Shown here one piece after another: positions 1 to 12,300 of a stretch of 64,000 bases of DNA (within the stretch, counting starts at the first letter, position 1; the number at the start of each line of letters is the position of its first letter). The position numbers were made by a program, and so were the translations under genes. The notes below the pieces were generated by a model. That model worked only from the letters and a program-made list of their open reading frames with translations. It had not been told where the DNA came from and ran no database searches. The stretch comes from Torpedo marmorata (Eukaryota), in the NCBI GenBank assembly GCA_977017645.1, contig OZ360242.1, forward strand, positions 28,644,001 to 28,708,000. The letters are read 5' to 3'.

Positions 1-231
1 CCTGATGCAGAGACTCATCCTGAAATATCAGTGATTTCTTTACCCCACAGATGCTGAGAACCCCCAGCAATTTTTTGCTTCACATTCCAACATGTGCAGC
101 CTTACATCTTGACTCATTTCTTTGAATAATCTGTGTAAAATGTATTTATTACAACTGTTAAAATGACATCATAATACAGAAATGCCTAAACTTACGGTTT
201 TGTGTGAAAGACTGACTGATGAGAAGCTTAC

Positions 232-313
232 CTCAGCACATGCATAGTCAGTAACGTTGAAGTTGCAGAGCTGACTCACATTAATATTGAGCAGGAAAGT
301 CTTCAAAGCTGAA
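232..313 (-). CDS. Unit exon 1 of the next unit ([28 protein letters not shown])
   Basis: tag|TTCAGC...GAG|gtaagc; phase 2 to 0; 82 nt; twin at 48333-48414. Confidence 0.75.
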
Positions 314-3300
314 CTACAGGGAGAAAAGGTGATCTATTCTTAGGAAAGATGTTACTGTGAGTAACAAATAGTCAAACAGATTCTTTCCGACCATTTATAT
401 CTCACAATTTGAGGTTAATAATATGTGATTTAAGTATTCAATATTACTAAGTAATACACAACAAAATATTTTGAATATCTGCCATGTCAGGAGATATCAT
501 TCACTGACGCATTGACAGAATCTGTGAAACTGCACAGAAAAGATGTATTGAATTCTTACCTGTCTATTGCTCTACACAATGTAGTTTCTGTATGAGGAAT
601 TAAAAAGAAATAATTTTATTACATTGGAATTAAAATACTAGAACTAGTCAAGTTATAAAATAATGTAGAAAATACACTTACCATTAACTGTGGTATTACC
701 AGGCTAAGGAATAGAAATAATAAGAACTTTAATGCCGAATCATCTTAAATTAACACACAATGGTGGTAACATTCAAATATTGTTGGAAGTATTGAGTAAT
801 TATTTAATCAATTACTTTTCCTTAATCTACAACATTTAAAAAATATCGGCTATATAGATAAGAATTATAAAAATTAAACGCTGCAAAAACAAACAAGAAA
901 GTATACTGAAAATTGACATTCGGAAAATATAGTGTTGAGATTTTCTTACTTTGTTGTCAATTTCAGGTTCTGTAAAAAAAAAAAAGAAGCACAACAATGT
1001 CAGAAGATGCTCGAGCTGGCATGTTATTAAACTTAATCAAATCACATCATTGTAATAAATTACACTCACAATTATGACTTAAATCAATATTGGAATCAAC
1101 ATTTGTTTTGATAAGATCATCTTGTCCCACAGTACAATCTGTTCACAACTGAATTTTGACCTGTACTGTTCCCTACAACTGTGGAATTTAGCCTGTTAAA
1201 GCATCCATTACCACCCTGAGGATAAAGGCACCAATCTTTCATCTAACATCAAATTGTGCAATGCACACAAAGTAGCAGCAGAGCCAAAACTCCAGAACTA
1301 TGAGTTATCAGCTGGAGACTATATTGAAGGATTTGAAGACAAAATTTGACTGATATTGAACACTTTGGCAAGAAATTACCTGATGAATTATTTGGAATAC
1401 CTCCTGTCAGGCCAAGTTTGCTCACTTCAGACTCACTGTGTGAGGCCACCCAAACCCTGACTACAGTTTCATTCTCTCCACTTTGCAAAGCGCGAAGGTG
1501 ATATCCAAGCAAATTGATTAGAGTTTCAGCACTCAGTTTCTGAAAATAAATAAACATTTAATGAACGACAACCACAGCAAAATATTTTGTACTTTATCTT
1601 GACTTTCATTTCATCTGGATAAATGGATAGAGATTAAAAAAATGGGATGTTGGATTTGAATAAGCTTTCAGGATGCAATATTTTGAGTCGCTCAGCAAAA
1701 GGCTCACATCGGGCACCAGAAACGGGGAGAACATCCCCCGTTGAGAAGGAGAAGCATAGGAGATGACCCTACAGAAAGGTGACCATGGCAGCGGACCAGC
1801 GAGGGGCTCAGTGGCTGTAGGACCCACATAGGCTATGGGCCGCTGGAGACTTGCGGTCAAAGTATCCACACAGGCTGGGGGCTGCTGGTGACTTGCGTCG
1901 AAGGACCCACACAAGCTGGGGGCTGCTGGGGACTGGTTCCAAGGAACCAGGCATTAGAACCTGGATTCGGGAGGGTGCTGAAGCCAAGAAGAGCCCCCGA
2001 AGTGCCCCGGGTGCTGAAAGGTTCCTGATTTCTTTGTAGATTTGGATCTGAATTGCTTGAACAGAAGTCTGTGAGGTTGCAGAAGCACTGGAGGCGAATC
2101 CACTGACACTCAATGTCTCTGAAGGGAATCTCCTTTGCTTCTCTTTCTCCTATTGTTAGGGACGCAGGGCAATGGTCATGGCCACTCTTTTGTTTGCCTT
2201 ATAGCAGACAAAATCTGAAGTGCTGTATATCATGCATATTACATTTTTATGATTTTAACGTGACAATAAAAGGAACTTTGAACCTTAAGTTACAAAATAC
2301 AAAAGTACAAGACAAGTCGGCATAGGTTAAAGGAAATGACTAAGAGGTTTAGAAAGGATCCGAGGAAGATCTTTTTTTATATAAGGGGGTGCCTATTCTA
2401 AAAATACGAGAAGAATTTTTTTCACCTCAAGGGCGGTGAATATTTGGAATTTGCTGCCCTTGATGGTTATGCAGGAATCACCACTGAGCATATTTGAAGC
2501 AGAGATCAATAGGTTTTAAGAGAAACAAATGGATATAGAGTTTGCACAAGAAAGTAGCCAAAAGACAAGCCATGATCTAATTCAACAGCTCAATCAAGAA
2601 CATTATTTAAGATTCAGAGAGGGTATTTAATGAGCTGAGATTGAAACAAGAAGTTAAGAAATTGTAACCATGACAATGTTAATGAAATAAGGAAACATTT
2701 GGTCTCTATATACCTTTACTTCTTCAGGATCCAATCGTCTGAAGGTTGAAAAATCCATGTTGACGCTGTTGTTTGCAAGAAACTTCAGATCATCAGCTTG
2801 GGCACCACCTGAAGAAAAGAGAGATATTTTCTATCTTTATGTGGAGGGTTGAGTAAAGGCACAAAACCAAATGTTACTGCAGGTGAAGGAAGCAGACACA
2901 GGGACAAAAAAGGGGATGTATTTTTAGGGTACCCTGTTTACGACATGGAATAATTTTGAAAGGTGAAACATCTGTTGGTCCATTCCATATTCAAGATTAT
3001 CTGAGACCTGCCAAGAAATTTAAACTATGCCCCTCACCTCCTGTGCATGCTTGGGTTTTGCACTGGGATTCTTCGGGTTCCCTGTGATCGAAAAGGATCC
3101 GATCTCATTGATGCAAGAGTGCATCTATTTTATCCACTGAATTTGGAGTATTAGTCATACTGACGAATTATTGGGACAGGGACATTTGTGGTCACTTTAC
3201 AGACTTGGGTGCCCATCCAATTGTTGGACAATTGTTAAGACTTGAGCCTAATTCAGTTTCATGTTCACACATGAGTTCTGCTTCAATAGTGGTGGTCTGG

Positions 3301-6300
3301 ATTGAACAGAGTCAAACAGGATCAATATCTCTGAATGCTTCACAACTTGAAGGTTCTTAAGATTTCATCATCTTACAACTGAACCTTTGTAAGCTGATTG
3401 CATCTTAACACTGACAATTGACAAAATCCTGACTCGGCAGATTTCAAATCTGATTTTGGCAGTTTCTGCAGTTCAGTTCAAAAACCAATGCAAAAAGGAA
3501 GTTGTGATTAATTCAGACAATTGGCCAAATTAAAAAAAGAATTAACTTACCAACATATGACTTTATCAGCTGAAAATAGGGGATTGGGCTGTTTCGTTGA
3601 GAGCTGAGAGCAGTGACAGCCAAATCATAAAGCAAACGTTGCTTTCCCCGTGCACACGCAGAAAGATCCAGAGCTCCGGCATCCCTGAGGAAAGAAGCCA
3701 CAAATAAATCCTACCAAGTGTCTCTGCAATTACACCAGGTCAAGGGACCGGAATGTGTACCTTGCAGCTCAAGAAATATACCCAATCTGTTGACTGTATC
3801 TGGGAGAGTGATAGAAATTTCAAACTCAAAAACACAATTACCAGCATAATTCATACTATAGATAACACCAGATCAGAAACTGAAATAATATATAACTGCA
3901 GGCATTTTCACCTTGACAAGTCCGAATGGCTACAGCCATCAACTGAGTGAATGGCTGCACACTCAGCATCAAGGTTGACAAGAAGAACAGGTTCCTGGAA
4001 GAAGCTGTCCCAATACAAATACATTGAAGAAAAAACTCTCAATAATTAAGTTATCATTATGACTCCAGCTATAAGAGACTTTCCTCTACATATTGGAGAA
4101 AATTGGAATTACTTTAGACACACTGGAAAGTGCAGATGCTGGAATTTGAAGCTAAACACAATCTGCTGGAGCAACTCATCGGTGGAGCAGTGTCACCAAG
4201 AGAAAAGGTATGGTCAATGTTAAGCCAAAAAACTTCATCAAGACTGGAGGTGTGGAGAATTTAGTGTAAAGAGATCAAGGTGTGAAGGGTAGGACAGAGG
4301 CCCATGTGGGATTGGTGAAGTGAACCATGACAGACAGTAGCAGTAGGTTGGCAGAGGCCAGTAAAAGGGGAGGAAGAGGCAAGAAAACCAAAGGGGTCAG
4401 GTGGAGGAAAATGAGTCATACAGGGTGGAGAGGGTAATTAGGAGAGAAAGGCTGCCAGTTTTGTGATTTGATCAGAAGAGAAGGTGACAATGGTGGTTTA
4501 AAGAGAGACCAGGAAGAACCAAAGAGGATGGTGGGAAAAGAGTGGAAGAATCCACTCTTTTCCCACCAGACAGCAGACAGAATCAAAGAGGAAGGGGAAT
4601 GAGAATAGGTAGGAACCAGGTGAGGTTGAGTGGGAAACGTGACAAAAATAAGGATGGAAAGTGAAGGGGAGAGGGGGAAGAGCAGAAGTGGCACTGAAGA
4701 AGAAAGGGGACTGATTACCTGAAATTAGAAAATTCTGCGTTCATACATTTGGGCTGATGTTGGACTGCCCAGGCTGAATATCAAGTGTTGTTCCTCTAGT
4801 TTGCTTTGGGCCCCACACATATTAAATTAAAACACTGCCACAAAATGGCAAAGATCAATAAGATGGAGGTCATATTGATGCTGATAATCACCAAGCTGTC
4901 AGTTCATGTCTCAACCAAATTCCTTAGAGAAGGAATAACCTAACTGTGAGCTGTAAAGTTGGTTTACAAAATGGCTCATTGCTGCACAATTACTTGGACT
5001 GAGTGAGTTCAAAGACTGATACTTTGTTCCTCAGGAAATCAGATAATTTTACCAGAAAACTAGTAATTGAAAGATGTATACTTACGTCAATTTGGAAATT
5101 GTCTTCAGTTGTTCTTGATTCAAAGTGCACAAATTGGCTCCACCAATGCCTTTCAAAGAAACTGCATTGAGGTTACCGCCTGACTGCAGAAATTGTGTAA
5201 TAATGAAGGTCACCTGTTGAAAGATATTTGAAGAGCAGATGATTATTCATTGTCAAATGGTGATCTTTTATTCTTGTTTTCTTACATTTTTGAAATATTA
5301 TTTTTTTTTAGTATGGAATTCTTTTAAACTATACATCGTTAAATGGTTATCAATAACTCCCATCCATTGCACCCCATGTAGAATTTTCACTTTACCATTT
5401 TGGCCACTTCTTCTAATCACCAACTGTACCTCATCGTGCGAAGCTAATTACAAATCACTTCAAATAACAACGCCCCATGTATATCACGTTTTGCAAAGGA
5501 AATTCCAGATTACATCACCATATGCCTGCAGATAGCAAACTGTTTGCATTTATCTTTTCTTAGTGTCAGTACCGTTATGTTATCCAGCTGTTGCTTCATC
5601 AATGCAGAAAGTGTCTCAACCCGAGTGATATTCCAGCTGCTGACTTCTGTTGCATTAAATACAGTGGATATGTTGCCCAACAGTTGAATCTGGTTTTCTG
5701 GGAGCCCCTTGGGATAAATCTATTTCAGGAAATACAACATCATAAAACTCAGTCATTTTGTTAGAAGAGGTTTTCTCTATTCATGGTCTACCTGGCTCTT
5801 TAAACTTGTCTTGAATTCAACTGGATCAAGAATGATCTGATCAGTGGCTTCAACTGTCGGATTCCCGAATCATTGCTGACCCCATTATCCAAAATCTACC
5901 TGAACTTTGAATATACTGTACAAAATGTCACGGCAAGCACAGCACTCAAAGGTTTAAAGAGAATTAAGAAGGCACAACATCAAGCTTAAATGGGAAATCC
6001 TTTATCCTATGACTGGCCACAATTCGAGATTCCCTCCTGTATCCACCCTGTTAAGCCACCTCTGAATATTTTAGGTTTTTATTGCAAAAACTTTTATTCT
6101 TCTAACCTCCAGAGACCTTAGGCCCGTTTCACTCAACTTATCCTCACAACCCAACCCCTTCATTTGATGAATCACTTTAATGAAGTTCCCAACACTGCAA
6201 GAAAGCTAAATACACCTATCTATAAATGAAGAGATCAAAATTATACATACTGCTCTGCACATGGTTTCATCAAAGCACTGTACAGTTGAAGAAAGATTTC

Positions 6301-9300
6301 CCAACTTTTTTGCACCATGTCTTTTGTAATAAAAGCACGCTAAATGTACGGTTAGCGCAGCACTAATACAGTGCTGAAAGGAGTTTGTACGTTGTACCTG
6401 TCCCTGCGTGTGTTTCCTCTGGTGCCCCAGTTTCCTCCCACCATTCAAAATTGGACAGGGTTTGGAGGTTAATTGGTGTATTTGGGTGGCACGGTCTCTT
6501 GAGCCAGAAGGGCCAATTACTGTCCTGTTTATATTTAAAACATATATTCTATCTGATTTTTTTCTATTGTGAAGATTCACCACCCATTTCTGAACACCAG
6601 TCATTAGTTATGCACTATATAAATAATATTCTTTTTTACACTTGCTACCAACATAATTTATTATCCTCACCTTATCCTCTATCAGTGAGCTTTATATTCA
6701 CTTAACTGCTGTCCTCCTAATAACTTACTTCTGGCATACAATACATCCAGTCCTTCTTCAAAGTTATGAACACAAATTCTAAATAACTGGAGATTCCTTC
6801 AACACCTCCCCAGTTTGAATTTGACATTGACTTAGTAACCCCTTCTTTCTTACTGAGCAAGTTCTCTGTTATCAAAGGAGCTGACTTTGGGATTAGACAT
6901 TAAACAGAGACCTCAGCTGACATTTCAGGATTTGGTTAAAAATAATCATGACTCTATATGTAAAACAGGCACAGAGTTCCCTGTGCTCCTGCCCCAAGTG
7001 AATTCCTTCAGCAAGTGATGACATATTTTTTAATGTAATAATTACCATTTTCTGCATCATCTTGTCAACACAAGACATTTGCTGTGAACCAATGCAGGAG
7101 GTCACATGGAGGGAGGTGGGTACATGCAACAAACTGCTAAAGGAACTGGTAGAGGCAGGGATAATTGCAATACTTCAAAGACATTTGGACAGGAAATATT
7201 GAGAGGTATATGGGCTGAACAAAGGCAAATGGGACGACATTGGTCAGTATGGGCAAGTTGGTCAAAGGTCGTGTGCCCTTGCAGTAAAACTATGATTCCA
7301 TTTCCTGAGGCAACGAAAAGCAACACAACAATACTGCATTTGTATAAGGAAATAAATAAGAAGTTTGCAGATACTGGGGTCCAGTGCAGTACAAAAAAAG
7401 TGGTGGAGAAACTCAGCAGGTCACGCAGCATCCATTGTAAGGAAAAAGGCAATTGAGATTTTGACATCAGGAAGACTGGATGCAAATTGGGGGGGGGGTC
7501 GCTTCGTCAAGCCCCTTCACTCTGCCCGCTGCCACAGTGAGGATCTATCAGTGGCCAACCAACCACTTCAATTCCACACTCCATTGCCACACTGATCTAT
7601 CTGTCCATGGCCTCATGTACTGCCAGATTGAGGACACTTGTAAACCTCGTATTCAGTCTCAGCAGTCTCCAACCAGGTGGCATCAACATCGACTTCCCCA
7701 ATTTCTGTTCACCCCCTCCCAACATTCTCCTGATTTCCCTTCTCCTCTGTCTCCTTTCCTTCAGCTCGCCGGTCCCTTCCCTTCCTTCTCCGATCGGAGA
7801 ACTATCTTTCTCAGCCTCCCCTTACTACCCCTCAGCTCCTTTCTCTTTTTCACCCTCTAACCCGTGTCCATTATCACCTGCTCGGCTTCCTCCCCCCGCC
7901 CTCTTATTCGGACGTCTGCCTGATTTTCGACACACCTTGAGAAGGGCTCAGGCCTGAAACATCGACTGACTTTTGCTTTCCATGGATGCTGTATGGCCTG
8001 CTGAGTTTCTCCAGCACGGTTATGTACTATATTTTTACAAAGCTTACTTACACGCAGAAGTTTATTTTTCAGAACTTTCAGCTGAGTTGGATCAAAGGCT
8101 AGTGATCCCAGCTGGAGAACACCATCTTTCAGCACAGCATCACTCAAACAAAGGTCCAACTGGGTCGCATCATACTTTGCAGGAGTCAGGTCATTGATGT
8201 CTTCCGGTGCTATTTCTCCCTCTGTACAGGCTGGCAATACAAAATTCCATTGGGTGAAAGAGAGACAGGAGTGGCAGGTTAATACTGATGGCGGCTGGGT
8301 TTTTAGATTGGCTGAAGGGAGTCAAAAAGGAGAGTGGTATGACAGGCAATAGAAAAGTTGATGTGTTGGAAAGACCAAATCAAAATATAGGAGAATGGAA
8401 ATGGGTCAGTCACACTTCTGGGAATGCAATACAGAACTGCAGCCTCAGAGTGAGGTTGAAGAGAAAATCCGAAAGGAAATTTCCGTCATGTACGCAGACA
8501 ACTGGGCATTAAGAGTGGAAGATTTCAATTTCCCTAATTGGGATACAATCAGAATAACACCCCCCCCTCCCCCCCCCCCCACCGAAACCTAACCCAAGAG
8601 AGATTCCAGGTGGAAAGTGGGTGGCATCAGGAAGAGGTCGCAAGCGTGGGAGACTTCAGGATGAGAGCTCCTCTCAAACAGGGATCCACAATTGGAGATT
8701 GCTGCAAGTGATGACGCCTGAAGTGATACGTATCACTTCCAGGTGTCATCATCTTGGCGTCGATGAGTGTACCGCAGCACAGAGGCCAATAATAACGAAT
8801 ATTTATGCCGATGATATGGGAGTTAGTCAAGAAGTAGAAAGTGATTTCAGGAATATTCCCAGTACCATGTGCAAGTGAGAACAGAAATGAATGGAAGTGA
8901 ACATTTTAAATAGGGAGGAACTTGAGGAAAGGTGCATGAAGAGAACACGGTGATCTTTGGGGCATTGGAATTGGTTCTGGGTCATGAGACAACTTTTCAA
9001 CAGGACAGGATGGTCTTCAACAGGACTGTCGCCGGTGCTCTCTCAGAGAAGTACACAGGTGCAGGGAGGAAAAAAATAAATTCTTCCAATTATAATTCAA
9101 AATGTTGTGACGGATCCTGTAGGGAGATATGTAATGATACATTGCCAGATATATTCAGAATTTTTGACTTTATTGAATATATATGCTCCCAATATGGATG
9201 ATGATAAGTTCATTCAAGAGACTTTTCTTAATAGAGCGGAAGCACATGAGAATATTATAATAGGAGGAGACTTCAACTTTTGTTTAGATCCGGTCTTTGA

Positions 9301-12300
9301 TAAGTCTACAAGAGGAGTGAAGAGAACTAAGGCAGCGAAAGCTACGCTGGTATTAATGAAAGACTTAAATTTAATAGACGCCTGGAGAAGAATTCATCCT
9401 TGGGATGAAGATTTTTTATTTTATTCCAGTAGGCATGATTCCTATTCCAGAATTGATTTATTTTTAGTTTCAGCTCAACTGCAAGACAGAATTCTAGAAG
9501 TAGAATATAAAGCAAGGATTTTGTCTGACCATTCACCTTTATTGATGACAATTGTCGTACCTGATAAAGAAAAATCAATATACAGATGGAGATTGAATCC
9601 TTTGTTATTAAAAAGAACAGATTTTTGTGATTTTATAAGGAGGCAAATTCAGATATTTTGTGAAACAAATGTAAACTCCGTGCCTGATAAATTTGTAATA
9701 TGGGAAAGTTTGAAAGTATATTTAAGAGGTCAAATTATGTTATTCTTCAAAAATTAAAAAGGAATATATGAGAGAAATAGACCAATTAGAAAAAGAAATA
9801 ACAATTTTAGATAAAGATTTACAAAAGAGGAGCTCTGTCGATAAATGCAGACAACTAATAAATAAAAAACTTCAATATAACGTATTACAGACTAATAGAA
9901 CGGAGAAGACTATTATAAGAAACAAGCAAAGATATTATGAGCTAGGTGAACATTCACATAAAGTACTTGCAAGGCAATTGAAAACAGAACAGGCATCAAG
10001 AACAATTAATGCAGTTAAAAGCGAGGCTGATGTTATTAGCTATAAACCCCAAATAATAAATGATTCTTTTGAAAAATTTTATTCTGATTTATATAAATCA
10101 GAGTCTTTGCAAGATGACAGTAAAATTGATGGATATTTATCACAGATAAATTTACCAAGATTAAATATGCAAGAGCAATTAGAATTGAGTACCCTGTTTA
10201 CGCAGAAAGAAGTGAAAGATGCAATGAGTTCATTACAAAGTAATAAAGTACCGGAGAGGATGGTTTTCCGCCAGAGTTTTATAAAGAGTTTAAGGAATTA
10301 TTAATTCCTGTCTTTATGGATTTGTTACAGCAGGCGTCTGTGACTCATACACTTCCAGAATCTTTTTCTACAGCAATAATTACAGTAATACTAAAAAAAG
10401 ATAGAGACCCATTGAAACCTTCATCATATTGACCAATTTCATTACTGAATGCAGACCATAAAATTGTAGCGAAAATCTTGGCCAATAGGATAACAAAACT
10501 TTTGCCAAAATTAGTAAATATGGATCAAACAGGCTTTATAAAAAAAAGACAAGCAGCTGACAATGTAGCAAGGTTACTTAGTATTGTTCATTTAGCTCAA
10601 AAAAGAAAAGTATTAAGTGTCGCGGTGGCACTAGATGCAGAAAAAGCTTTTGAGAGATTGGAGTGGGACTTTTTGTTTAAAGTATTGGAGAAATTTGGAT
10701 TTGGACAGACTTATATAGATTGGATTAAAGCATTATATAACGCTCCAAAAGCTAAAGTAGTGACTAATGGACAAATATCAACTTCGTTTTGCTTGACAAG
10801 ATCTAGTCGACAAGGGTGCCCATTGTCACCAGCTTTATTTATATTAGCTATAGAACCACTTGCAGAGGCAATTAGAAGTGACTCGGCAATTAAGGCAGTT
10901 AGTCAAGAGCAACATAAAATCATCTTATTTGCAGATGATGTTTTAATATATTTGAAAGAGCCTGAGACTCTCTGCAAAGATTGTATTTTAAATTGGAAGA
11001 ATATGGGAAAGTTTCAGGTTTTTAGATAAACTGGGATAAAAGTGAAATTATGCCTCTTACAGAGGGAAATTATACTATATGTAAAAGAAGTACTCAGTTT
11101 AAATGGCCACATAATGGGATAAAATATCTAGGGATTCGAACAGACAATAATTTTAAAAATCGATATAAACGGAATTATCTACCATTACTTAAAAAGATTA
11201 AAGAAGATTTGGAAAAATGGATTAATTTACCTATTACACTGATAGGAAGAGTTGATAGTATTAAAATGAATATATTTCCAAGGATACAATATTTGTATCA
11301 AACTATACCTATTTTACTACCACAGGTTTTTTCCCAGGATTTAAATAAACAAGTGCGAAAATTTCTTTGGAAAGGTAAAATGTCAAGAGTTTCTATGGAA
11401 CGTTTAACATGGAAATATGAATTGGGAGGTTTACAACTCCCTAATTTTAAAAATTATTATCGATGGGCACAAATGAGATTTGTTACTTCTTTTTTTGAAA
11501 GTGAAGGAAGACCTGCATGGGTTGGAATAGAGCTAGGAGAAATAGGAGAGAAAGTACCAGAAGAATTTATATATAAATGGAACTCAAAATTATTGATAGG
11601 AGTTAAAGAAACATCATTACTAAAACATTTGATTATTGCATGGAACAAGATTAATGATGAGATAGGGATGAAAGGAACTATATCACCTAAAATGTCATTG
11701 ATACAGAATAATCTTATACCGTTTACAAAAGATAATCAATTTTTAAATATATGGTCACAGAAAGGAATAAAGAAGATAGAAGATTGTTATGAAGGGAATC
11801 AATTGATGTCGTTTGTACAGCTAAAAAACAAATATGGAATACCGAATAACACTCTTTTTTGTTATTTTCAATTAAGAGGTTATTTAAGGGAAAAATTTGG
11901 TCCGGATATGTTGTTACAAAATTGTAGTGAGGTAGAAACCCTTATTAGGAAAGGAAATATTAAAAAATTTACTTCTATAATATATTCCTTGTTACAAAGG
12001 GGAGCCTTAAAACAAGGACTTTATAAATCTAGACAGAGATGGGAACAAGATCTTAATGTTATAATTGATGAAAAAATATGGTCGGATTTATGTCAAGATA
12101 GTATCACCAACACTATTAATGTAAGATATAGATTAGTACAGTATAATTTTTTACATCAATTATATCTTACACCACAAAAATTGAATAAGATAAAATCTAC
12201 ATTATCAAATAAGTGTTTTAGATGTGGTGAAGAGGAGGGAACTTTTTTACATTCAACATGGTTATGCTCTTAGGTAAAAAAAAGTTTGGATGGAGTTAGG

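Noticed and set aside
1810-1935. ~36-bp repeats superficially like a CRISPR array
   Set aside because: Eukaryotic context, adjacent degenerate copies with no unique spacers, and no cas genes.
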